DNA of 64,000 bases, taken from an uncultured Planctomycetota bacterium. Its GTDB lineage: Bacteria; Planctomycetota; Planctomycetia; Isosphaerales; Isosphaeraceae. Below are positions 10,173 to 21,300 of the stretch, one piece after another. Location of the stretch: positions 2,688,001-2,752,000 of the forward strand of contig CAVTTN010000002.1 in the NCBI GenBank assembly GCA_963737655.1, read 5' to 3'. Every line of letters starts with the position of its first letter. Positions within the stretch are counted from its first letter, which is position 1. The notes below the pieces were generated by a model that was not told the DNA's origin, ran no database searches, and was given only the letters and a program-made list of their open reading frames with translations. Both the position numbers and the translations under genes were made by a program.

Positions 10173-11057
10173 ATGACGCACCCACCCGGGGCCCAGCCCC
10201 TCTTTCGTCTTCTCCACCAGATCCGTTCCTTTCGCCGGGCCGATCCTCTGGTCCTGGTCAACGGGCTGGCCGAGCAGGCGGAGAGCTGGTTTGCCAACCG
10301 GGCGTCCTGGTCTCGGCGGTTCGACGTGAAGATGCCCGAGCTCCTGGTCTACGACGGAGACGTCCTCCACCGCCACATCGCCTCGGGGGGCGAGGTGACG
10401 GTCTCCTACCTGGCCGATCGCCTGGCGACGTATCTGGATGAGTTCGTCCAGCACCCGCCCTATCACTTCGTCGGCTCCAGCCTGGGCGGCCAGGTCCTCC
10501 TGACCTATGCGTCGCGCCACCCCGAGAAGGTCGGCCGGATGGTCCTGATCTGCCCCTCGGGCATCCACGGCGAGGAGCATTTGCCGGTGATGGAAGGGGT
10601 CCGCCGGTCGCAATATGACTCGCTGGTGGGCTCGGTCTTCCATCATCGCAAGTTCGCGACGGACGAGCTGGTGGAGGCCCTGGCCCGGAAGTTCGCCGAT
10701 CGCCGGTGGAAGACGGGCGTCCTCCGGACGCTCCGAGGCACCGTCGAGAATACGGTGGCGCCTCTCCTGGACGGGGTCCGCGTCCCCTGCCTGTTCGTCT
10801 GGGGGGCCGACGACCGGGTGATCGCCGACGTCCCCGGGGCGATCCGGGCCGTCTCGCGGATGCCGACGTCCCGCCAGGTCGTGATCCCCCGATGCGGCCA
10901 TGCCCCCCAGATCGAGAGGGCCCGGCTCGTCAACGCCCTGGTCGAGCGGTTCCTCCGGGGCAAGCTTGGTGCGGTCCATCCGAACCTCGATCCGGCCCGG
11001 TTCCTCCGCGAGAAGGGCCTGGCCAAGCTCCCGACCCGGGCGGCGGTGGCCCGATGA
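10173..11057 (+). CDS. Alpha/beta fold hydrolase or acyltransferase
   Basis: GSSLGG nucleophile elbow, WGADD, CGHAPQIE. Confidence 0.88.
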   Translation: MTHPPGAQPLFRLLHQIRSFRRADPLVLVNGLAEQAESWFANRASWSRRFDVKMPELLVYDGDVLHRHIASGGEVTVSYLADRLATYLDEFVQHPPYHFVGSSLGGQVLLTYASRHPEKVGRMVLICPSGIHGEEHLPVMEGVRRSQYDSLVGSVFHHRKFATDELVEALARKFADRRWKTGVLRTLRGTVENTVAPLLDGVRVPCLFVWGADDRVIADVPGAIRAVSRMPTSRQVVIPRCGHAPQIERARLVNALVERFLRGKLGAVHPNLDPARFLREKGLAKLPTRAAVAR

Positions 11058-11632
11058 GCGACCTCACCCTGTTCTTCGGCAAGTTCCTCCGCCACGGGAC
11101 GAAGATCGCCAGCCTCGCCCCCAGCAGCCGGTGGCTCGCCCAGACCACGATCCGGGGGATCGACTGGACTTCGGCGAAGGCCGTCGTCGAACTCGGCGCC
11201 GGTACGGGACCGATCACCCGGGCCATCGCCGACAGGATGGCCCCGGGCTGCCGATTGCTCGCCCTGGAACGAGACCCGGACTTCGCCCGGCTCCTCCGCG
11301 ACCGCTTCGACGGCCGCGAGGGGGTCGAGATCCTCCAGGCCGACTCCCGGGACCTCGGGGCCATCCTCGCCGATCGCGGCCTGGACCGGGTCGATCACGT
11401 CGTCTCCGGCCTGCCCGTCCCGTCGTTCCCGGAGGATTCGCGACGGGACCTCTTCCGGGTGGTCGAGCGGTGCCTCGACCCCAACGGCTCGTTCCGGCAG
11501 ATCACCGAGCTCGCCTGGGTCTATCAGGGCCTCTATCGCCGGTTCTTCGAGGACGTGAAATTCGTCTTCGAGCCGAGGAATTTCCCTCCCTCGGGCGCGT
11601 ACCACTGCCGTAAGATCAAGCCGGTGTCGTGA
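11054..11632 (+). CDS. SAM-dependent phospholipid/amino-lipid N-methyltransferase (PmtA/OlsG-like)
   Basis: ATGA overlap with the upstream gene; IASLAPSS, VVELGAGTGPIT, VVSGLP, RNFPP motifs. Confidence 0.8.
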   Translation: MSDLTLFFGKFLRHGTKIASLAPSSRWLAQTTIRGIDWTSAKAVVELGAGTGPITRAIADRMAPGCRLLALERDPDFARLLRDRFDGREGVEILQADSRDLGAILADRGLDRVDHVVSGLPVPSFPEDSRRDLFRVVERCLDPNGSFRQITELAWVYQGLYRRFFEDVKFVFEPRNFPPSGAYHCRKIKPVS

Positions 11633-11665
11633 TTCCGAGGGACGCCCGCTCTCCGTGGTAGCCTC

Positions 11666-11944
11666 ATGAACGAGATCCCCGACCGATCCAAGGATGACTC
11701 GGAAACGGCAATGACGCCCCGGGCCCTTTGTCCTTCCTGCGGGGGCGGGCAGATCGTGGGAGGGCTGAGGATCGGCTTGAAGGGCCAGGCCGAGGCGGTC
11801 GGAATTGTCTGCGAGGAGAAGGGGCGATGGACGGGCATCGGGTGGCAGGACTGGGAGCCGTTGCGAGTCGATCTCTGCTCCTCGTGCGGGACGGTGGTCC
11901 GATTCTATGTCGAGCGGGCTGACCGGACCTGGGCCGCGGCTTGA
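11666..11944 (+). CDS. Small Zn-ribbon protein
   Basis: CPSCG...CSSCGTVVRFYV, two CxxC pairs. Confidence 0.6.
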   Translation: MNEIPDRSKDDSETAMTPRALCPSCGGGQIVGGLRIGLKGQAEAVGIVCEEKGRWTGIGWQDWEPLRVDLCSSCGTVVRFYVERADRTWAAA

Positions 11945-12089
11945 GCGAACGCTCGGGCACGCCTTCCCGAGTTCCCTGGAGAACCGAACCCTTTGCGATG
12001 ACGTTCGTTAGGCTGAAGAGAGTGCTACGCAAGCCGGTCCTCTGAGATCGGTTATTCGACCTCCCGACTCTCCCCGGGGTGTCCCCACC

Positions 12090-13655
12090 GTGTTCCACCT
12101 GATCGCCGGGGCCCGGTTGACCCGGGCCGTCGTCAACGCCGCGTTCGCCTCGTGGAGCCGCCAGAGGATCGCCTCGATCGCGCGGGCCGACCCCGTCGCC
12201 GTCCAGCGACGGACCCTCCTCGACCTGGTGAAGACCGCTTCCTCGACCGCTTTTGGCCGCGATCACGGCTTCTCCCGAATCCGAACCGTCGAGGACTTTC
12301 AAAAGGCCGTCCCTTTAAGGACTTACGAGGAATTCTGGGCCGCCTATCTCCAGAAGGACCATCCGGTCTACGAAGACCTCGCCTGGCCGGGGCGAATCCC
12401 CTATCTCGCCCTGACCAGCGGGACGACTCAGGGGGCGACGAAATACATCCCGGTGTCCCGGGCCATGTTGCGGTCGAACTTGCTGGCCTCCAAGACGATG
12501 CTCGCGGCGCATGTGGCCGATGGGGTCGCCTCTCGCCTGTTCCAGGGCAAGATGTTCTTCCTCGGAGGCTCGACGGCCCTCGAAGAGGTGGCGCCGGGCG
12601 TCCACCAGGGGGATTTAAGCGGGATCGTGGCCCGGGAGGTCCCCTCGACGACCCGCCCTTACACCTTTCCTCCGCTCGACCTGGCCCTCGAATCGGACTG
12701 GGACCGCAAGCTCAACCTGCTGGCCGAACGGAGTTTGCGAGAACCGATCACCCTGGTCGGCGGCGTGCCGAGCTGGCTCCTCCTGCTCTTTGAAAAGCTC
12801 CGCAACCTCAGCGGCAAGGCGACGATCGGCGAAATCTGGCCGAAACTGGAGCTGGTCGTCCACGGAGGGGTCAAGTTCGACCCCTACCGCCGGGCGTTCG
12901 CCGAGGTGCTGGGATCGCCGAGGATCGGCCTGGTCGATGCGTATGCCTGTTCCGAGGGGTTCATCGGCTTCAGCGACCCTCGGGGCGAGGCCCTCCGGCT
13001 GGTCTTCGATCACGGGATCTTCTTCGAATTCGTCCCGACGACGGAGCTTGGCTCCGATCGACCGACGAGGCACTGGCTGGCGGATGTCCAGACCGGGGTT
13101 GAGTATGCGATCGTCGTCTCCACGTGCGCCGGGATGTGGGGGCACGTCATCGGCGACACGGTCCGGTTCGAATCGACGAGGCCGCCGCGACTGGTCTTCA
13201 CCGGCCGGACGAAATACTCGCTCTCGGCGTTCGGCGAGCACCTGATCAACGAGGAGATCGAGGCGGCGATCGCCGAGGCGGCCGGGGCGACGTCGGCGAG
13301 CGTCCGCGACTGGCACGCCGGCCCGGTGTTCGCCGGGGCTCTGGGGCATCACCTGTTCGTGGTCGAGTTCGACCGCGACCCGGCCGACCCGTCGGCGTTC
13401 CGCGACGTCCTCGACGAATCGCTCCGCCGCCGGAACGAGGATTACCGGGCCCACCGGGCCGACGGCGTAGGGCTGCCCCGCCCGGCCCTGATCGTGGCCA
13501 GCCCCGGAGGATTCGCGGCCTGGATGAAGTCGCGGGGGAAGCTCGGCGGCCAGAATAAAGTACCCCGGATGGACGGCTCCGGCACCTTGACCGCCGGCCT
13601 CGCCTCGTTTTTGGCCGAGGCGGGGCAGGTCGGCGCCGAGGTGGGAACCGAGTGA
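12090..13655 (+). CDS. GH3-family adenylating acyl-amido synthetase-like protein
   Basis: LTSGTT P-loop, YACSEGF, IGDTVRF, GRTK, GKLGGQNKVPR. Confidence 0.88.
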   Translation: MFHLIAGARLTRAVVNAAFASWSRQRIASIARADPVAVQRRTLLDLVKTASSTAFGRDHGFSRIRTVEDFQKAVPLRTYEEFWAAYLQKDHPVYEDLAWPGRIPYLALTSGTTQGATKYIPVSRAMLRSNLLASKTMLAAHVADGVASRLFQGKMFFLGGSTALEEVAPGVHQGDLSGIVAREVPSTTRPYTFPPLDLALESDWDRKLNLLAERSLREPITLVGGVPSWLLLLFEKLRNLSGKATIGEIWPKLELVVHGGVKFDPYRRAFAEVLGSPRIGLVDAYACSEGFIGFSDPRGEALRLVFDHGIFFEFVPTTELGSDRPTRHWLADVQTGVEYAIVVSTCAGMWGHVIGDTVRFESTRPPRLVFTGRTKYSLSAFGEHLINEEIEAAIAEAAGATSASVRDWHAGPVFAGALGHHLFVVEFDRDPADPSAFRDVLDESLRRRNEDYRAHRADGVGLPRPALIVASPGGFAAWMKSRGKLGGQNKVPRMDGSGTLTAGLASFLAEAGQVGAEVGTE

Positions 13656-13675
13656 GTGCCTGTCGTTAGGGCGAC

Positions 13676-14221
13676 TCAGTCCTTCCAGGTCGGAGTCTGG
13701 TTGGGAGGGATCGGCACGCCCTGGCCGAAAACCCCGGATCGTGGGGTGAATGGCCCAAGCACCCTTTTGCCCATCGTCAGTTCGTTGTCGTTGCGGAAGC
13801 CCAGGACCGACATCGCCCAGTCTCTCCAGTCGGCGAAGGTCGCACCCGGCCCGCTCGGCGGAGGGCTCCACTCACCCATCGCGCCCGCCCGGAAGGTGCA
13901 CAGGGCGAGGACGAAGCCGATCCCGAGGACCGCGTACGTCATCGATCGGTGCAATCGACCCGAGGAGAACGCCTTCTGGCCGACCGGGCAATCGGCCGTG
14001 AGGACCGTTCCGTCTCGCCGGCGGTAGAGCCTCATGCAGGGCTCGCCCTGGGTCTCGCGGATCAGGTCGGAGACCTCGGCCGATGTGAGCGCCGAGATGT
14101 TGTACACGTGTTTCTCGCAAAGCGAACAAAACCGGGCCCGGTCGTCGCCGGCCATCGCGTTCCAGGACGCCTTGCAGGGCGAGGCGATCTGGAGGTCGTG
14201 AACCTGGTCGATCGTGCCCAT
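13676..14221 (-). CDS. Hypothetical membrane protein with Cys-rich N-terminal domain
   Basis: SPCKASWNAMAGDDRARFCSLCEKHVYN...CMRLYRRRDGTVLTADCP, then one hydrophobic helix. Confidence 0.75.
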   Translation of the reverse strand: MGTIDQVHDLQIASPCKASWNAMAGDDRARFCSLCEKHVYNISALTSAEVSDLIRETQGEPCMRLYRRRDGTVLTADCPVGQKAFSSGRLHRSMTYAVLGIGFVLALCTFRAGAMGEWSPPPSGPGATFADWRDWAMSVLGFRNDNELTMGKRVLGPFTPRSGVFGQGVPIPPNQTPTWKD

Positions 14222-14418
14222 CGCGGCGGCCCTCCCGGGTTCCCTATTGTCCGATCTGCCTGTGTCTACGTCCGAGACGCCCGATTCTTGGGGGAAATTC
14301 GCCGAAAAACCGGGGGCGGCCCCGGTTCGGCGGATTCTCGGCTTGACCCGATCCCGGACAATGGGACATTTCCCGCTCTGCGGAATGGCGGACCCCCAAG
14401 CTGGCGAGGAGGCTGGTC

Positions 14419-15261
14419 ATGATTCTCGGATGGATCGGGATCGCGGTCGCGGTCGGATCAATCGGCATGGAAGGCCCGCCGACCGAGGCGGTCAAGGCGG
14501 AGATGGCGAAGCTCCAGGGGACCTGGACGCTCGTCTCGGCGAAAACCGACGGCAAGGACGTCGAGTCCGACCCGGGCCGGCCGATCAAGGTCGTGATCGC
14601 CGAGGCCACGTTCTCCGTGTTCGCCGGCGATCAACAGGTCGTCAAGAACATCAAGTTCGAGATCGACCCGACGAAGTCCCCCAAGGAGGTCACGGACACC
14701 CTGCCCGGCCCCGACGGCGAGGTCACGTTGATCCGGGGGATCTACAAGCTCGAAGGCGACTCGCTCACGTCCTGCGTCGGCTCGCCCGGGGGCGAACGGC
14801 CGAAGGAGTTCTCGGCCGCCGCCGGGACGGGCCAGACGATCCGGGCCTTCCGCCGCGAGACCCCCGCCGTCGAGGAGCCCGAGGCGACGAAGAAGGAGCG
14901 GGCGAAGTTCAACGGCGAATGGAAGTTCGAGTCGATCGAGGCCGAAGGGCAGGCCCTTCCGCTCAAGGCCCTGGCCAGCTCCCGCCTGATCCTCAAGGGG
15001 AAGGAGTTCGTCCTCAAGAGCGATCAGGGGGATTACGGCGGCACCTACGAGGTGGATGCCTCGAAGACCCCCAAGACGATCGACGTCCACTTCACCACCG
15101 GCCCCGAAGCCGGGACCACCGCCAAAGGGATCTACGAACTCGACGACGAGACCTACAAGGTCTGCATGGCCGTCGGCGGGAAGGCCGAGAGGCCCAAGGA
15201 GTTCGCCGCCAAGCCGGGCAGCGGGTTCGTCCTGGAAGTGTTGAAGAAGGTGAAGCCGTAG
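14419..15261 (+). CDS. Planctomycete protein with two tandem TIGR03067-type domains
   Basis: LQGTW...IDPTKSPKE...GIYKLEGDSL...RPKEF, repeated as FNGEW...DASKTPKTID...GIYELDDE...RPKEF. Confidence 0.85.
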   Translation: MILGWIGIAVAVGSIGMEGPPTEAVKAEMAKLQGTWTLVSAKTDGKDVESDPGRPIKVVIAEATFSVFAGDQQVVKNIKFEIDPTKSPKEVTDTLPGPDGEVTLIRGIYKLEGDSLTSCVGSPGGERPKEFSAAAGTGQTIRAFRRETPAVEEPEATKKERAKFNGEWKFESIEAEGQALPLKALASSRLILKGKEFVLKSDQGDYGGTYEVDASKTPKTIDVHFTTGPEAGTTAKGIYELDDETYKVCMAVGGKAERPKEFAAKPGSGFVLEVLKKVKP

Positions 15262-15285
15262 GGAACGCGTCCTTCCGCGGTTCGT

Positions 15286-15332
15286 GTCAGTTGTCAGAGG
15301 GAAGAGCAGGTCGTTCACCTCTGACAACTGAC
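15286..15332. repeat. Inverted repeat with GTCAGTT units between convergent genes
   Basis: GTCAGTTGTCAGAGG...CCTCTGACAACTGAC, 15-bp perfect arms. Confidence 0.7.
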
Positions 15333-15354
15333 CACGTCTGTTGCGACGGCGAGA

Positions 15355-18300
15355 TCAACCGCCCGGGATGTCTCCCGCGGTGTTGATGCCGTTGAAGATG
15401 GTCCCCTGGGCCGTCCTTGCGGAAGAACTGGTGCTCCCGCTGACGATCCCGTTGGAGGCCGAGGCGTTGGCCGCTTGCAGGAAGGTCAGGACGGTGTAGT
15501 TGGTGTTGTTGCTCAGGCCGAAGGCCGAGCCGTTGGAGCCGGTGTTGTAGGTCTTTCCGCCGGCACCGGTGGAGTTGACGGTGAATTTGTAGGACGAGGC
15601 GGCCGTCCCGGCGAGGTCGCTATCGGTCACGTAGGTGGCCAGGGCGACGGCCATGACCTGGGCCTCCACCTTGTCTCCGCTGGCGTTCTTGAGCTTGACG
15701 AAGTAGGCGGCGACGTCGGTATTGGTCTTCAGGTTCAGCGAGGCCGGGAACAGATTCGGATAGCTACTGGTGAGCCAGGTCGCCAGGTTCGTGGCGCTTG
15801 TGCCTCCGTTGAGCGACTTGATCAGGGCCTGGCCGTTGTTGTTCGCCCAGTATCCGATCGTGGCGGTGTCGCCGCAGGACAGCGGCTTGGCCTGGGTGCA
15901 CGACGAGAACTTGATCTCGCCGAAATCATATTCGACGCCCGAGTTGCCCGATCCCAGGGCGATCGAGTTGATCGCCAACGAGCCGCTGAGCTTGCCGTCG
16001 GTCGAGCCGTTGACGGTGCCGACGTTGTTGCCGGTCTTGGTGTAGCCGGCCGGCTCGGTCTCGGTGACGGTGTAGGTGCCGGGCCGGAGGCCGCCGAAGC
16101 TGTAGGAGCCGTCGCTCGCCGTGGCCGTCGAAGCCGAGACGGCGTGGCCGAGGTCATCGGTGCCGGTCAGCTTGATCGTGACGTTGTTCAGGCCCGATTC
16201 GCCGGTGTCGCGGTTGCCGTCGGAGTTGGAGTCGAGGAAGGCGAAGCCCGAGACGGCGGCCGGGCGGAGTTCGCCGAAGTCGTATTCGAAGCCGTCCACC
16301 GCCCCGCCGGCCAGGTTCAGGGTGATCGCGGAGATCGTGTCCACGCCGACGGCCCCGGCCGTGCCCCCGGCGGTCCCGGCGGTGTTCTTGCCTTCGAGGT
16401 AGCTCGACGGCTGGGTCTCGACCAGCGTGTACGTCCCCGAGGGCAGGCCCGAGAACGAGTACGAGCCGTCGCTCGCGGTGGTCGTCGTGGCGATCGGCGT
16501 ACCGGAGGCGGTCTGGAGGGTCACGGTCACGCCCGAGATCCCCGTCTCGGTGGCGTTCCTGACCCCCGAGTCGTTCGCATCGACGTAGACATAGCCGGAG
16601 AGGATGCCGGCGGCCTGGCTCCCGCCGTTGTCGGCGCTGATCAGCCGGCCCTGGGGCGTGTAGAAGATGTTGCTGCCGGCCGGGCCGAGCTGGTCGATGG
16701 CCTGGCCGCAGACGAAATCGACCTGGAAATAGCTGCTGGGCACGTGGACCGTCAGCGAGTACGTCCCGCTGTTGGGCCCCGGGGCGAAGGAGCCGGTCGA
16801 GTCGGCGTAGATCGTCTGCTGGCTCGCCGTGTTGGCGTCGAACGACGAGCCCGGCGCCACGTAGCTGACCAGCGAAAGCTGCGTGGTGTAGGTGCCGGTG
16901 ATCTTGAAGTAGGCCGTGACGGTGTCGCCCTGGGTCACGTGGCCGCGGAGGTCCGTGACCGTCTGCGTCCCCTCGGGCCCGCTGATCACGAACGACAGGC
17001 TGGTGACCGAGCCGGCGCACGGGCAGACCATGTACTGGTCGAAGTCGTTATTGCCGTAGGTGGCCCCGAGCGTGGTGGCCGCCACCGAGTAGAAGGGCGA
17101 ATTGGTCGGGGCGGTCAGGAGGTAGTTATTCGGCACCGTCTCCTGGACGAGGTAGGACCCCGGCGAGACGTTGGTGAAGCTGTAGTAGCCGGTGGTGGCG
17201 TCGCTGGTGGCCGTCTTGACCACGGTGTCGCCCGCGTCGATCTGGCCGTCGTGGTTGTTGTCGGAGTAGAGCGTGACGGTCAGGCCGCCGAACGCCTTGT
17301 CGTCGGAGGTCAGGCCGTTGCCCGTGGTGTCGAGATAGGTCGTCCCGCTGATGGTGATCGGCAGGAGCTCGCCGAAGTTGTTGTTGATCCCGGACGTCCC
17401 GGCGGCGATCGGGCTGGCGGTCAGGACGTCATTGCCGGTGGTCCCGCCCTCGGAGCCGATCGCGTCCTTGCCGTCGGCGTAGCCGGCCGGCTGGGTCTCG
17501 GTCAGGACGTAGGTGCCGGGCCGGAGGTTCGGGAAGCTGTAGAAGCCGTTGGCGTCGGTCGTCGCCGCCGGCAGGGAGACGCTCTGGCCGCGGTCGTCGG
17601 TCCCGGTGAGAGTGACCTTCGCCCCGGAGATCGGCGTCTCGCCCGAGTCCTTGACACCGTTGTTGTTGGCGTCGAAGTAGACGTAGCCCGAGAGGCTCGC
17701 CGGCGCGAGCTCGCCGAAGTTGTTGTTGGGGGACGTGGCGTTCTGCACCACCCCGATCCCCGAGACGACGTCGGTGGCGTAGCTGCCGGCGATCACCGCG
17801 CCGTTCTTCGCGTCCAGCCCGTCGAGGTAGCCCGAGGGCTGGGTCTCGGTCACGGTGTACGTGCCGGGCCGCAGGCCGGTGAAGCTGTAGGAGCCGTCGG
17901 CGGCCGTCGTGGTCGTGGCCGAGGTGATGGCGCCGAGGTCGTTGGTGCCGGTCAGGGTCACCGACACGCCCTGGATCGGCGTCTCGCCCGAGTCCTTGAC
18001 GCCGTTGTCATTGGCATCGACGTAGACGTACCCGCTGAGCGCCCCGGGCTTCAGCTCGCCGAAGTTGTTGTTGGCGGAGGTGCCGCCCGAGGCGACGGTG
18101 AGGCTGCTGATGACGTCGCTGGTGTTGCTGCCGGCGATCGGGACGCCGTTCTTGGCATCGAGTCCGTCGAGATAGCCGATGGGCTGGGTCTCGGTGACGG
18201 TGTAGGTGCCGGGCCTCAGGCCGGTGAAGCTGTAGTTGCCGCTGGCGTCGGTGGTGGTGGTGACCGAGGTGAGGGCCCCCAGGTCGTTGGTGCCGGAGAG

Positions 18301-21300
18301 GGTGACGGTGACGCCCTGGATCGGGGTCTCGCCGGAGTCCTTCGTGCCGTTGTTATTGGCGTCGACGTAGACCGAGCCGCTGACCGTGGCCGGCAACACC
18401 TCGCCGAAGTTGTTGTTGGGTGCGGTGGAGTTCTGGACCACCCCGATCCCCGAGACGACGTCGGTGGCGTAGCTGCCGGCGATCACCGCGCCGTTCTTCG
18501 CGTCCAGCCCGTCGAGGTAGCCCGACGGCTGGGTCTCGGTCACCGTGTACGTGCCGGGCCGCAGGTTGGTGAAGCTGTACGAGCCGTCGGCGGCCGTCGT
18601 GGTCGTGGCCGAGGTGATGGCGCCGAGGTCGTTGGTGCCGGTCAGGGTCACCGACACGCCCTGGATCGGCGTCTCGCCCGAGTCCTTGACGCCGTTGTCA
18701 TTGGCATCGACGTAGACGTACCCGCTGAGCGCCCCGGGCTTCAGTTCGCCGAAGTTGTTGTTGGGGGAGTTGGCGTTCTGGACCACCCCGATCCCCGAGA
18801 CGACGTCGGTGGCGTAGCTGCCGGCGATCACGGCGCCGTTCTTGGCGTCGAGGCCGTCGAGGTAGCCCGACGGCTGGCTCTCGGTCACGGTGTAGGTGCC
18901 GGGCCGCAGGTTGGTGAAGCTGTACGAGCCGTCGGCGGCCGTCGTCGTGGTCTGGGTCGCGACGGTGCCATACGGGCTGGTCCCGGTCAAGGTGACTGTG
19001 ACCCCCGAGATCCCCGTCTCGCCCGAGTCCTTCGACCCGTTGTTGTTGGCGTCGAAGTAGACGACGCCCGACAGGCTCCCCGGGGCGATCTCGCCGAAGT
19101 TGTACGAGGCGACCGAGGTCCCGGCCGGCACCGCGATGCCCCCCAGGGTGTCGGTCCCGATCGTCCCGGCCTGAACGGTCGAGTTGATCGACTCCAGGCC
19201 ATCGAAGTACCCCGACGGCTGGGTCTCGACGACCGAGTAAGTCCCGGCCGTGAGCCCCCCGAACGAGTATCCGCCGGAGGAGTTGGTCAAGGTCGTGGTG
19301 AGGACGTTCCCCTTCGAGTCGTCGAGGGTCACCGTCACGCCGGAGATCCCGGTTTCGCCGTTATCCTGGACGCCGTCGCCGTTGGCATCGAAGTAGACCA
19401 CGCCGGAGAGCGAGCCGAGGGTCTCGCCGAAGTTGACGCCGGTGACCGGGGAGGTGCCGAGGCTCACCGGCAGGGTGATTGGCGTATCCGTGCCGTAGCC
19501 GCTCTTGACGGTCTCGACGACGCTGTAGGAGCCCGGGGGCAGGTTGGGGAAGTTGTACGAGCCGTCGGCGGCCGTCGTGGTCGTGGCGACGGTCTGGCCC
19601 TTGGAGTCGAGGAGGGTGACGGTGAGCCCGCCCAGCCCGCTGTCGCCGGCGTCGAGCGTCGTGCTCTTGTTGGCGTCGTAGAAGACGGTGCCCGAGATGC
19701 TGGAGCCGAGCTCGCCGAAGAGGTAGCCCGGGGCGTCCTGGCCGGCGGCCAGGGAGATGCCCGAGGTCACGTCGATGACCGCCGTGCTGCCGCCGGCGGT
19801 GCCCGCGGCGTCGGTCCCCTCGTTGTACCCGGCCGGCTGGGTCTCGACGACGCGATAGGTCCCGGCGGTCAGGCCCGAGAACGAGTAGGAGCCGTCATTG
19901 GCCGTGGTGGTCGTCGCGACGACCTGGGAGGAGCCGTTGTAGAGGGTCACGGTGACGCCGCCGAGATCGACGTCGCCCGTGTTCAGCGTCCCGCTGGCGT
20001 CCTTGTCGAAGTAGACCACGCCGGAGAGCGAGCCGAGGGTCTCGCCGAAGTTGACGCCGGTGACCGGGGAGGTGCCGAGGCTGACCGGCAGGGTGGTCGG
20101 CGTGTCGGTGCCGTAGCCGCTCTTGACGGTCTCGACGACGCTGTAGGAGCCCGGGGGCAGGTTGGGGAAGTTGTACGAGCCGTCGGCGGCCGTCGTGGTC
20201 GTGGCGACGGTCTGGCCCTTGGAGTCGAGGAGGGTGACGGTGAGCCCGCCCAGCCCGCTGTCGCCGGCGTCGAGCGTGGCGCTCTTGTTGGCGTCGTAGA
20301 ACACGGTCCCGCTGATGGAGGAGCCGAGCTCGCCGAAGTTGTAGTTGACGCCCGAGGCGCCCGCGCCGAGCGGGACCACGAAGACGTCCTGCATCATCAG
20401 GGAGCTGCCGGCGACCGATCCGAGGGTGTCGGTCCCCTGGTTGTAGCCGGCGGGCTGAGTCTCGACGATCCCGTACATCCCGGCGGTCAGGCCCGAGAAC
20501 GAGTAGGACCCGTCATTGGCCGTGGTGGTGGTCGCGACGACTTGATAGGAGCTGTTGTAGAGGGTCACGGTGACGCCGCCGAGATCGACGTCGCCCGTGT
20601 TCAGCGTCCCGCTGGCGTCCTTGTCGAAGTAGACCACGCCGGAGAGGGAGCCGAGGGTCTCGCCGAAGTTGACGCCGGTGACCGGACTGGCGCCGAGGCT
20701 CACCGGCAGGGTGATTGGCGTATCCGTGCCGTAGCCGCTCTTGACCGTCTCGACGACGCTGTAGGAGCCCGGGGGCAGGTTGGGGAAGGAGTACGAGCCG
20801 TCGCCGGCGGTCGTGGTCGTGGCGACGGTCTGGCCCTTGGAGTCGAGGAGGGTGACGGTGAGCCCGCCCAGCCCGCTGTCGCCGGCGTCGAGCGTGGCGC
20901 TCTTGTTGGCGTCGTAGAAGACGGTGCCCGAGATGCTGGAGCCGAGCTCGCCGAAGAGGTAGCCCGGGGCGTCCTGGCCGGCGGCCAGGGAGATTCCCGA
21001 GGTCACGTCGATGACCGCCGTGCTGCCGCCGGCGGTGCCCGCGGCGTCGGTCCCCTCGTTGTACCCGGCCGGCTGGGTCTCGGTGACGGTGTACGTGCCC
21101 GGTCGGAGTCCGGCGAAGGCGAAATTCCCCAGGCTGTCGGTCGATCCGGAGGCCGTCACCGGGTTGCCCAGGTCGTCGGTGCCGGCCAGGCTCACCTGCA
21201 CGTTGGAGATCGGCGAGTCGCCCGCGTCGAGCGTCCCGCTCTTGTTCGCGTCGAAGTAGACCGAGCCCTCGATCGACGCCGGCACGAGTTCCCCGAAATT

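Noticed and set aside
17711..21080. CRISPR array or DGR template/variable repeat
   Set aside because: The repeats are long in-frame coding domain duplications; there is no repeat-spacer pattern, no cas or reverse transcriptase gene, and no obvious adenine-specific variation.
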